Shown here: piece after piece, positions 1-10,979 of the stretch
Layout: each line of letters begins with the position of its first letter
Numbering within the stretch: the stretch's first letter is position 1
NCBI GenBank assembly: GCA_964016885.1
Contig: OZ024742.1
Coordinates: 84,444,001-84,508,000 of the forward strand
Direction of reading: 5' to 3'
Length of the DNA: 64,000 bases
DNA from: Eledone cirrhosa
Taxonomy: Eukaryota
Translations under genes and position numbers: made by a program
Notes under the pieces: model-generated
Seen by the model: the letters and a program-made list of their open reading frames with translations, nothing else
What the model was told of the DNA's origin: nothing
Databases searched by the model: none

Positions 1-144
1 TGTACCACTGAAAAATTTAGGATTTTACAAAACTTGAAAGCCACTTAAACTTGCCTGAACTCCAAGACCTAGATCTTCAGATGTTGTCCTCACCTGAAAT
101 CACATCTGATCTGTAACTGGATTGACATTCCTACGATGACTTAA
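1..144 (+). pseudogene. C-terminal end of a Penelope-like (Naiad/Neptune-type) GIY-YIG ORF, with stops
   Basis: Frame 1 reads CTTEKFRILQNLKAT*TCLNSKT*IFRCCPHLKSHLICNW, matching the LC..E...I...LN...E....C.H terminus also seen at 37204-37437, 38797-38985 and ~54430-54574. Confidence 0.7.
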
Positions 145-400
145 CAACCTTGAGCTCCTTCTCTGCTCTCTACGCCTTACAACATCCACTACGGTTTTTT
201 TAACCTTCTGAACTCACTTTCTGTACTCTTATATTCTTTTTCTCCCTTATCTCCCCTAAATATTTAAACCTTTTCCTATGTCACTTTTTTTCCATATTCC
301 CCCCTACTTTCTACCTTACCCTTTACATACACACCTTTTTTATTTTTAGATATTTATTTCTGTGTGTGTATGTTGCGTATATGTGTATATATATATATAT

Positions 401-1715
401 CTAAGGCGGGTAAAATTCCCGAGATCCATGGACGAGTTCTCTCCAGCGGTCTCTGTCCCTCTTTATCGCTGCCATATCCTGCATCTCCAACAGACCAGTG
501 TCTGTCCTTAGGGCATCAACATATGTTAACCTTGGTCTTCCTCTTCTAGTGTGTCCATGTAGGGGCTCCCAAAGGAGCACTGAGTTCAATGTCAACTCTG
601 GATGTCGGTGAGCATGTCCAGCCAACCTCAGTCTCCTCTGTGTCACTTTTGAGCTGACTTTTGGGATGCTCCCATACAGCTCTGAGTTTTTCATCCACAG
701 TGTATACTGATTAATGTTCAGAGCCATCCTCAGCATTCTCGTGTAGCACCCATCCACCATCTCAGTGAGTCTCTTGGTCAGTGTCCAAGTCTCAGACCCA
801 TACAGCAGCACAGACTCCACTACAGCAATGAAGAGGCGGATTTTCAGGTCTCTACGAAGGTCTGACTTCCACACCGATCTCAAGCTGTGACACGCCGCCC
901 AGGCATTGCTCTTCCTCTCAACCACATCATCTTCCCTATTCCCAATCTTTGCTCCCAAATACAGGAAGTCCTCAACCAATTCCAGCGGCTTCCCGCCTAC
1001 ATTAGTGATCCCCTCTGGCTTCTCAACATTCTCTACCAGATATTTTGTTTTAGTCTCATTCATTCTCAGCCCCACACTCATCGACACAGTCTCAACCTCC
1101 CGCATCAAATCCTCTGCCTCCTTCACTGTATTTGTCACCAAAACTATGTCGTCGGCAAATTCAGCATCCGATACCTTTTTCGCCCCAACTCTCCTGCTCT
1201 GAGCCGGTGCTACAGTAAAGCCAGTGTCCTGGTGTTTCTCCAGTGCAAGGCGCATACAATAGTCCACTACGATGATAAAAAGGTAGGGAGCCAATGTATC
1301 TCCCTGGAGCACTCCAGCCAGTATCTCAAAGAACTCTGTCATCCCATCAGGTGTAATGACTTGGGCTTTGGTGTTGGTGTAGAGCAGTGATATCAGGTCC
1401 ACTATCCTCTTGGGGATTCCATAAGCCTGTAAGATCTTCATCAGGCAGTAACGGTCCACAGAATCAAAGGCCTTCCTAAAGTCAATGAAAACCATGACCG
1501 CAGGAAGGCACTTTGCTCTAGCTCCCTCTAATATCCTCCTCAGCATCAGGATGTGACTGGTGGTTGATCTACCCTCTCTGAAGCCGTTCTGGTTGTCCCT
1601 GAGCTTCTTCTCCATCTCAGGCTGGATCCTGTTAAGAATCATCCTGTTGAGGGTCTTTGCCACAAGTGACGTCAGTGAGATCCCCCGGTAGTTATTGGTG
1701 TTAGAGAGATCTCCC
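401..1715 (-). mobile_element. 5'-truncated RTE/RTEX-clade LINE, uninterrupted 420-aa RT ORF
   Basis: QNGFR, FIDFRKAFDSV, GVLQGDTLAPYLF, FADD, FLYLG, LLYGSETW, LAGH, RGRP motifs; upstream GDLSNTNNYRGISL runs to 1715; both ends abut TA-rich repeat. Confidence 0.95.
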
Positions 1716-1817
1716 TATATATATATATATGTATATGTATGCGTATATATAATTATATATGTCTGTATGTATATGTATGTGTGTATATAATTGTATTTTA
1801 TATGCTTCTGTTGTATT

Positions 1818-1894
<77 letters not shown>

Positions 1895-2057
1895 TTATAT
1901 TTGTGTGTATGTATTTTTATATAATTGTTTATGTGTGTGTATATATAATAGCCTCAGAAACGGCTTGAGCTCTGCCGTCGGGGTCATACTTTTCCTATAT
2001 GTATATATATATATATATGTATATGTATGTATGTATATATGTGTGTATTTGTATGGT

Positions 2058-2117
<60 letters not shown>

Positions 2118-2521
2118 TGTATGTATATATGTATGTGCATGTATATGCATAATTACATACAGTGATTTAATGCTTATTTTCATTGATCATTTGCTCCAGG
2201 ACGTTGTTGATTGCTCTAAATCAGCTATAAACATTTATAGCCTTTTCTAATTATTTATTTATTTATTATTTCTTGTATTCCCAACTATTTGTTTTCCCCT
2301 TTCACCTTTTTATTTTTATATATTTATAATATTTATGTATTTTCTTATATATATGTGTGTGTTTATATGTATGTATGTATATATATATGTGTATGTATAT
2401 ATATATTTAAGAGTTAAACAAGGTTCAATTAATACATCTAAGAATGAGTTTTACACACATACATGTGTGTGTATGTATTTATATGTATGTGTGTGTGTAT
2501 ATGTATGTATATATGTGTGTA

Positions 2522-2600
<79 letters not shown>

Positions 2601-2948
2601 ATGTATATGTGTATGTAGGTGTATATGTATATGTATATGTATGTGTGTGTGTGTGTATGTATTTATTTTTATGTATGTATGTGTATGTGCAATTGTGTGT
2701 ATTGCTTACCACGTGTGTTTGTTCATTTATTTGTTGCCTGTATCGCTGTCAACCTTATAATAATTTTTACATTTATTTTTATTCTTATGTGACGGTATTT
2801 TTATTATATTTTTTCTTATAATTAATTGTGTGTGTGCGTATGTAGGTGTGTGTACATATATCTATATTTGTGTATGCGTATGTAAGCGTGTATATATGTG
2901 TGTATATATGTGTATGTATGTACGTGTGTATATATGTATGATTATGTG

Positions 2949-2984
<36 letters not shown>

Positions 2985-3102
2985 TGTATATATATATATA
3001 TATATGCATGTGTGTGTGTTTGTGTATTTGTGTGTATGTGTATCTATGGATATGTTGATATATATGTGTGTATGTATGTATATGTATGTGTATTTGTACG
3101 TG

Positions 3103-3167
<65 letters not shown>

Positions 3168-3240
3168 ATATGTATGTATATATATGTGTATGTATATATG
3201 TGTGTGTATGTAATTGTGTGTGTGTGTGTGTGCATGTGTG
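1716..3240. repeat. Compound (TA)n/(TG)n/(TATG)n microsatellite tract
   Basis: Direct reading; source of the YIYI/VCVC ORFs. Confidence 0.95.
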
Positions 3241-3336
3241 TTTATTTTTCCTTTCCTTCTTCCTTTTCCAGCCTCACTTTCATATAGATTATATTTTTCT
3301 TTTTAAAATCCAATGTCAATAAACACACCAGGATTT

Positions 3337-3397
3337 TTTCATTCTGATGATTGAAAGCCAAATTTGTTTCCTTTCAAGAAACCACTGGTTAATGAAA
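3337..3397 (+). ncRNA. Type I hammerhead ribozyme, intact core
   Basis: Stem I UUUCAUU/AAUGAAA; CUGAUGA 3344-3350; stem II UUGAAAG/CUUUCAA; GAAA 3378-3381; near-palindromic stem III AACCACUGGUU; predicted cleavage after GUU (3390). Confidence 0.8.
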
Positions 3398-3439
3398 TAA
3401 TTGCCTTATGTTGTTTATTACATAACTATATGTAATATA

Positions 3440-3630
3440 GGTTTGTTGGTTCAGCACTCGATAGAACTGGTCATTCCGTATGGTCAACCTCGATGTAATG
3501 TTATTGAGAGCATTCAACGTAATGCAACTCACCTGTCTTCGTTTGTGTAGATGGTGGTGCGAGAGTTAATTTTTATAAAATAACAGGAGGCTGGACGGGT
3601 ATAAATCCTTGAAAGGTTTATTATACGATG
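3440..3630 (+). repeat. Old unclassified interspersed repeat, second diverged copy at ~55355-55560
   Basis: Shared blocks: actggt.attccgtat, gatgtaat, ggtggtgcgaga, acaggaggc.ggac, cttgaaag. Confidence 0.55.
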
Positions 3631-4614
3631 ATCATTTCAATGACTGGGTTCTGTGTGAAACCGGTGATATCATCAGGTGTTCAAAATATAACAAAGGAAT
3701 ATAACAGATAAAATCCATGGGGCTGAAATTCAGAGACAAGAGGACGACCGACTATTTAGCAGCTTCTATCTCGGTCAGCCGCCCTCAAGTGTTGATTATT
3801 AAGTCTACGTATGACCATCCGGTGAAGGGGCGCAAGCTTATAATGTGCTACTACCTACCTGTCAAAATGCCAGCGTTGAGGCCATGCCTCAATCAAGCTG
3901 ATCTTGCGTGCTAAAAATTGCCGTGTTAAATGTTTTTTCAAAGAACATATATCTTCACCAAAGACATATATATAGTGGGCGTCTGTATGGTATAATGTGT
4001 CGACAGAAATTTCGATTAACAATTAGACACATTAAACCACTTGTTTATGTGAAATTAGAAAAATAAGGTTTAAACTTTGGGTTGTGAGATTTATTTAAAG
4101 AATTTACAGAAGGAAGCTTTTATGAAAAAGTTTAAGTGTATTATAGATAGTCACGATAAAGTTTCAGGGTAGGATATAGAGTAAAGATTAAGCCCTTACT
4201 TAGCGGTCAATAACCAGCCACGACTGCAGACTTTGGCCAGCCCTGCCCTAACTACGTGCCAGCCGTTCCGAGTAATATCGTCTAGCGAAAGAAATGGAAA
4301 TTAATTTTTCCGAGCACTCCAGGAATGTAACGGTCTTAGGCGTGCTAGCGGGAAGTCCGCCACCGCCGGCTGGCCATCGTATATACGAAACGATTACTAG
4401 TAATTCACACTGGTGGGGGATTTAGTTAAGTGCTAGTAGAAGGAGGCATGATAAAGTTAAAAGTTATGATTAAGCCTAGAATTTAAAGGTACTGTTTGGC
4501 GGTCAAAACCGGTGGCGCGTCGGGTCCCAAGTCTGACAGGGCCCCAGGGCGAAGCAGCCGTTCCGAGTAATTTCGTTTTTCAATTTATTTATATATATCA
4601 ACTAGAAATTGATT

Positions 4615-4661
<47 letters not shown>

Positions 4662-4830
4662 AAAATAAACACATGAAGCAATCAGTGGATATGGCGCATG
4701 TCTTTCGGACATGACACCCTTAATTTAATTTTCGATATATATATATATATTTATGTATATATGTATGTATGTATATATGTATATATGTATATACATATGT
4801 ATATATGTATGTATATATGTGTGTATATAT

Positions 4831-4994
4831 GCGGGGACACACAAATCATCGGGCTGGATACCCGATCGTGAGGTTAAACCAGTAGGATTGAAGGACCCTA
4901 GCCTTTGTTCTAGGAGAAGGCAACTAAGGAAACTGGGATGACTCCAACATAAAATCTGCGTCTCAGTAGTTGCCGATGATTTGTATGTCCCCGC
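4831..4994. mobile_element. 164-bp MITE-like element with 22-bp terminal inverted repeats
   Basis: gcggggacacacaaatcatcgg (4831-4852) vs reverse complement of 4973-4994, 21/22 match; flanked by TA/CA repeats. Confidence 0.55.
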
Positions 4995-5094
4995 GCATAC
5001 ACACACACACAGGTATTTCACGATATAATTAATTGATAATTATTAAAAACGTTATATCGTGCAATGGATATACTCGATCGATGACGAGGGTGCA

Positions 5095-5165
<71 letters not shown>

Positions 5166-5218
5166 TATATATAGTGACGAAACATAAGTCAATTGCATCA
5201 ACTCATAATCCTTTATTT

Positions 5219-5274
5219 ACTGCTATATATATTTTGATGAGAGCCATTGAATGGCTATGACCTCATCAGGCAGT
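5219..5274 (-). ncRNA. Hammerhead motif with G12A (AAAA in place of GAAA)
   Basis: Stem I ACUGC/GCAGU; CUGAUGA; stem II GGU..AGCCAU-uca-AUGGCU..AUC; AAAA; palindromic UAUAUA stem III; AUA site. Confidence 0.6.
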
Positions 5275-5331
5275 TAGTCAGTTCTTAGATATGCCAGCTC
5301 TGTGTGTATAGTGTTGATGGTATCAGAGCCT

Positions 5332-5372
<41 letters not shown>

Positions 5373-5504
5373 ATATACACATGCATGTATATATATTTGC
5401 ACACACACACACACACATATGTATATATATCTATTTATCCACGTTAACACGCAGCTATTTGGGGAAATCATATGATTCTACTTGCTCGACAACCTCTACT
5501 TCTT

Positions 5505-5506
<2 letters not shown>

Positions 5507-5575
<69 letters not shown>
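5507..5575. repeat. (TC)n microsatellite
   Basis: Direct reading. Confidence 0.95.
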
Positions 5576-5581
<6 letters not shown>

Positions 5582-5719
5582 ATGCTTCTTGCTCCCTTGC
5601 TCTCACAGTCTCTTTGGTATTACAAGTGCCATGCAACCTTATTGCAGGAAACTACACTACCAGGAAAATAACTGATGAGGTACCGATGCATTTGGAGAAT
5701 CAAATTTGGAAACAGAAGC

Positions 5720-6325
5720 AATTCCTTTCAACATGACTTGAAACATAGTATTCAAATGCCGTGCATGTCCACTCTGATTAAAATGGTAATCTATAGTAAG
5801 TAAAGAGGAGAACTCACCATCAGCTGCTGCATAACGCTGTGATCAAGAATTACCGGAAAACCGATCGGAGTGTTATTAGAGACATCAATGAATGCTGGCT
5901 TAAATATCACTCCGAAGCTTAACATCCAGACCGGACTGAACCTCTGGACAACAATTTATCCCCATTTTACCCTGAAGGATCACAAACAGAATTTTCCTAA
6001 CAACCCATCTATTCGGCTTATTAACCCTATTAAATCTGATTTAATTAGACTTAGTAAAATAATTTTAGATAGGATTATACAAAAAATTACATGTTTGGCC
6101 CCTCTAGCCCTATGGAATAATTCTTTCGCGGTGATTGATTGGTTCAATGGCATATGCAACAAGAAACATTGCCGTCTTATCCAATTTGACATCAACAACT
6201 ACTACTCTTCTTTTACTTTACCACTTCTTAGAGCTATTAATTTCGCCAAAGCGCTCACGGTGGTTAAGGATTTCGAAGCTGATGCCATCTTAAATGCTCG
6301 TAAGTCAGTGGTAAATTTCGACGAC
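5720..6325 (+). mobile_element. Penelope-like (Naiad-type) RT N-terminal fragment
   Basis: ORF 5870-6373: FTLKDHKQNFPNNPSIRLINP, LW.NS..VIDWF, IQFDINNYYSS, LNARKS. Confidence 0.85.
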
Positions 6326-9300
6326 ACACACTCACTTTCTCACTCTCACTCTGTCTCTCTCTCTACTTTATAGGGAACGTTTCATTTAGTAGAAATCACC
6401 TCAAGTCGATTTCGCCAGAAATTCATTTGACGGGATAACTCTACACCCGAATACACGAGGAGATCCAGATGTGTGTAGAGGTAGCATAGTTTAGTGCTTT
6501 AGTGTTATGCAAAACAAGAAAAACTGAAAAAGTTTACTTCAGCAGATGTTCATTGTATCCAGGTTGCATTTTTTTCCATTTTCATCTGTGTACATACACG
6601 AGGCGTTTCCACCTTTTATAGGATTCTAAATGAAAATAAATACGTAGAATTAATATTACAACAGTAGTCTGTTTTCCTTGTTTGTAAACATAACTATTTG
6701 GTATCATGCTGATGGGGTGAACGTTTCGATATTTGTTGTGATAGTTCAACACGATAATGAATTCACCAGGTTCTAATGCAACGCTTATTGTGTTGTTGGT
6801 TCAGTGCGGGTTTTGTTAGCGAATAGCAAATACGATGGTTTTCCTCAAGTCCTATCCATTGTTATACAGATATGAAATAATTGTCTTGTCCTTTGCATTT
6901 CATAACTTGAATGGTTCCCAGATATGTAAGAACCCAAAGGTTCGTTAAAATAAAATTGAGTCTTTGATTTTGTTTGTCATATTTCACAGTGAATTAGAAA
7001 ATGAAAAGCAGAAAGGCAATTTGGCTGCTCGAGCGGAGTTACCTCAGACTCGACTCGCCTCCAAACAACAAGTGCCCTTCTGTTTTCTCTACCATCACGT
7101 TGAACATGGGTAGACAATTTCAGTTGTCGTTAAATACACTCGCCAGAAGATCCATCAAAATGGCAAAGAAAACATCCGCACTTCAATTGAGAAATTGCTT
7201 TTCATTTTCTAATTTACTGTGAAGAAAGAAAAAAATGAATGATGACAGTAAAAGCAATTGCCAAACGTGAAATTTGGAAAAGGGGTCTCGAAGAAGCCGG
7301 GACGTTCTCAAGCGAAAGGATATCCCATCAGAAAACAAAGCTTTTCTTGATATGTTGTTTAAAGCTCGGATAACTTCATTCATGGCTGGTGTTGATGAGA
7401 AGCGTTCAGAAGCAGGAAAAGAAGTGAAGATGTCTCAGACAGTAGCCCTTGAAGGTTCGTCATTCAGCTCAGCGATTAGTGATGATGATGATGAAATATT
7501 CAATGCACCACCCTGAATGTTAATGTGACGAACGTGTTATCTCTCCCCCCGCATTTGTTACAACGGCTTACATACTTTTACTTACTTTCTTCCTTTTGCT
7601 TTTCTCTTCGTTTTTCTTTTTTATTTTTTATTTGTTTCATTCATGACTCTCGTGCTATATAAGGCACCACACTTTTCCCTGACCTCACATAAAATTCTAT
7701 GTGCACTTGTAGCTTGATTGTGTGCTAAATTGTATGTTTTTCAAAATTAAATTTAAAGCAGGGGAAGCAGCAAATATGATAACTTTATGGTCACGTTGAC
7801 TCATAACAGAAATATTTTCATTGCTAATATATGGTTAAAGGAGTTCAAGAATTTGTCTAGAGTTATTATTGTCAAAGCTGAGACATTCTGACTGCAAATA
7901 AGAAGATTATAGAATGTGCCATGCAAACATACATTTTTAAATTTCTTCCTATGAGTTGTAATGTTCGATGATTGAGCGTATCACATTTTCATGTCTTTAT
8001 CTGTCAAGTCGTGTATAGGTAGTCACGTGAGATTTAAATCTCTGAAATCGGAGGTTCTAGTTTCATCAAACTTTGGTAATATTTACTGAATATGCGTTAT
8101 TCACATATTGAAGCCGGGTCCAATTAATTGCAATAGAAAGATCTTATAATATAATCTCAAAATCGTAGATTTTGAAATAAATTGTACGGTATGTTAGGCC
8201 ATAAGCTAGAATAAAAGAAACAAGAAGATCGTTGTAGGTTCTTTCTTGTATCTAGTCAGATAATTAATAAATAGATTTCCGAAATATTTTTCGTTTAGGC
8301 CATTTGTACTCAACAATTTCGTGGAGCATTCCTTTGCTGTGCCAACATGTGTAGTATAATATCCATCCTCGTGTGGTAATCAACATAATAGAAGCAGGTA
8401 TTATTACACAATATGTGAGGGAACGTACAGATAAGAATTAATTGTTTTTATTTTGGTCTGGGAGTGAAAATGCAAAGACAAAATACCGGATATTTCATGA
8501 AAGATGGAATTAATAATGGAAAGACCATGGCTGGTGAACTGGAGATAAGAGATATTTGAGGCAGGGTGTATGGCTGTATGTCAATAAAAGCAATTTCGAT
8601 GCAGAATAGTTAGTTATTTACGTAGAAGTGTTTACGAAAAAAAATTCAAAACATGACAAAAATTTAGCAAAATACTGGTTTTCGTTAAAAGAGAATGCGT
8701 CTGACATACTTGAAGTGTTAACAATTTTGTAATGATAATTCATACTTCATGAGTAGATATGTAATTATTGACAAATATTTCCAAGTCTGCATCATATCAA
8801 TTTGATGAACTTAGTTCATTTGATATCAACTTTACCATTAATAACAAGTATACATAACATTGTTGGTGTGTCTCAAGGCTGCTATCCCTATGTGCTCATG
8901 CTAATATTGTATCACTAAAATACTACTCACATACACAAAGGCGAATAAACATCTAAACAGCTTTAACGTTCAGTGAATAATGTTTTCGATCCGTTAGACA
9001 TCAACTGAAAGAAAAGTAGCAACCGACATTTCTTGTCATGGATTTTGTTTCAGAGATTTGTATTACATGCCTCGTTCGGTTGGCGAATAAAGACTATGAT
9101 CCGCCATTAACAATAGGAATACTATGTGCTTTCTTCTGATTGTTGTTACACTGAAAGGTCAGTAAAATATTATCGATTTTCTCGATATTGATGCCTTCAA
9201 ATACACTTCAAATTAACGCTCACTGTAAAAGTACATATATGTTACTCTCTATTTTCTATCCAACCATCCAACTATGGTTCTTGTGACATGATTTATAATA

Positions 9301-10454
9301 GAGACTGCGCTCTCTACCACACTTTGTATTTCTTCACACATCACTCTAGCTAGTAAAAAATAAACTGAAAGAATTCTTTATCTAACAATTTGAAAACTTG
9401 TTACATATGTATCTAAGTGACAATCCGTAGCAAATTTTACACTTCTAACCACAATATCTACTCAGAGAGAAATCACATGCATTTATATTTCTCGGACTGG
9501 AACAAGATCAATGCATTTTATCTGAAAATAAAATATCACACTAAACATATCAATATCAGTGTTGAGAAACCTCGTTTATGGTAACGGTGTCTTCCAAAAG
9601 GTATACGAGAAATTTGTTTCGAAAATTATACCGATGGTCATCAAAAGTAGCAATAGATCCACACACGCAAATAAATATCCCGCTAATTCTTATTAAGTTT
9701 ATCATAGAAAAACATATGTAGTGAGTAAATATGCTCCGACATTATATTCGCATACGAAAAGAGAAAACAAGCATGCGGATTTTACGTGCTTTGTCAAAAA
9801 ATGATTGTCTTGACCAAAGTAGCAGAATTATAAAGACTGATGAAAGAATTTTTACCAGTTAAGAACAAATTGTTTCATCTGAGTTCGAGATAAACATTTT
9901 CCGGAAGGAATAAAAATTATATCTACTGTGAGAAAAAGGCAAATATTCCGATATGAGCTGTATGCATTACCCTCTAAACGTTTTTGTTTAAGTTAAACTC
10001 CTGATTGACTGATGTTACCAACTCGAGGTTGAAAAATTACTGAAGAAAGATATCACATTTATAAGTAAATCAAGCTTAATTAGTATGTGTTTCTGACTAA
10101 ATGGCACGTGGAAAATGTGCATTTTCATAGCTGCTTTACGTTTAGAGATGTGTTTTGATATTTAGCCTATATGACTATTGGTTTCGTTTGATCCGAATAG
10201 CGGAATTGCTTTCAAAGGGAAACTAAATAACATGGACAGAGCTCCTCGCCATTATTTCTAAAACATTTGTAGCCTAGTGTGTATGTATGTAAAAGCCCGT
10301 ATCTAACTTCTGTTGAAGCTGTAGTTTCTTCGGTATTATTTACACATGGCGGTGCACATATCATTCCCAAGTTGGAAGAAAATTGATGTCCTCAAAAGAT
10401 GGCGAGAGGGTGATAAAGGGAAATAGATATAGAGAACAAAATGCCACCAATACA

Positions 10455-10580
10455 GGTCTGGTATATCGACCTCAAAATGTTGAAGGGCAAGGTTGACCTT
10501 GCTAGAATTTGAGTGCAAAGCAAGAAACAATACTGCAAAGTATTCTATTCAACATTCTAACAACCCAGTCAATTCTCCCC
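10455..10580 (-). mobile_element. Highly diverged SINE copy
   Basis: atcgacc...gaagggcaaggttgacctt...atttga aligns to the SINE body at 43135-43260. Confidence 0.5.
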
Positions 10581-10979
10581 TCTATGCAGTTTAGTACAAA
10601 TTGCATAAAATTCAACCTGCGCCAATCAAATGTAACATGTGAACGACCAATAATTTTGAGTTATATGTATGTTTTAATATATGAGACTGGTATGTACAAT
10701 ATCGTATAAAAATTAGTATCTAAAGAATCAATTAGTAGAAATGTGGATTTTTTACGATAGAAATGATGGATGTCACACAAACAACTGAGAGTACAATTAT
10801 TAGCTCTTGTAGATAGAAGGTAAAATAGAGCGTCCTATACGTTCACTAACCCATCCCTGTCATAATGTAACAAGGATTATTTTGTTTTAATTTGTTTTTC
10901 CTTGCAATGTGCTCCTACCTATTCGATATTCTCCTTTTCTGTGGTGATAATTTTCTTATTCCTCTATTTGTCTTTCATT

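Noticed and set aside
887-1390. Antisense ORFs over LINE RT regions (also 11038-11571, 53134-53571 and others)
   Set aside because: Shadow frames of retroelement coding sequence
1739-3322. YIYI/VCVC/THTH/LSLS ORFs here and throughout the window
   Set aside because: Translations of dinucleotide microsatellites
4181-4576. Degenerate direct repeat ending in agccgttccgagtaat
   Set aside because: Two short diverged copies within an old unclassified repeat; no function can be supported
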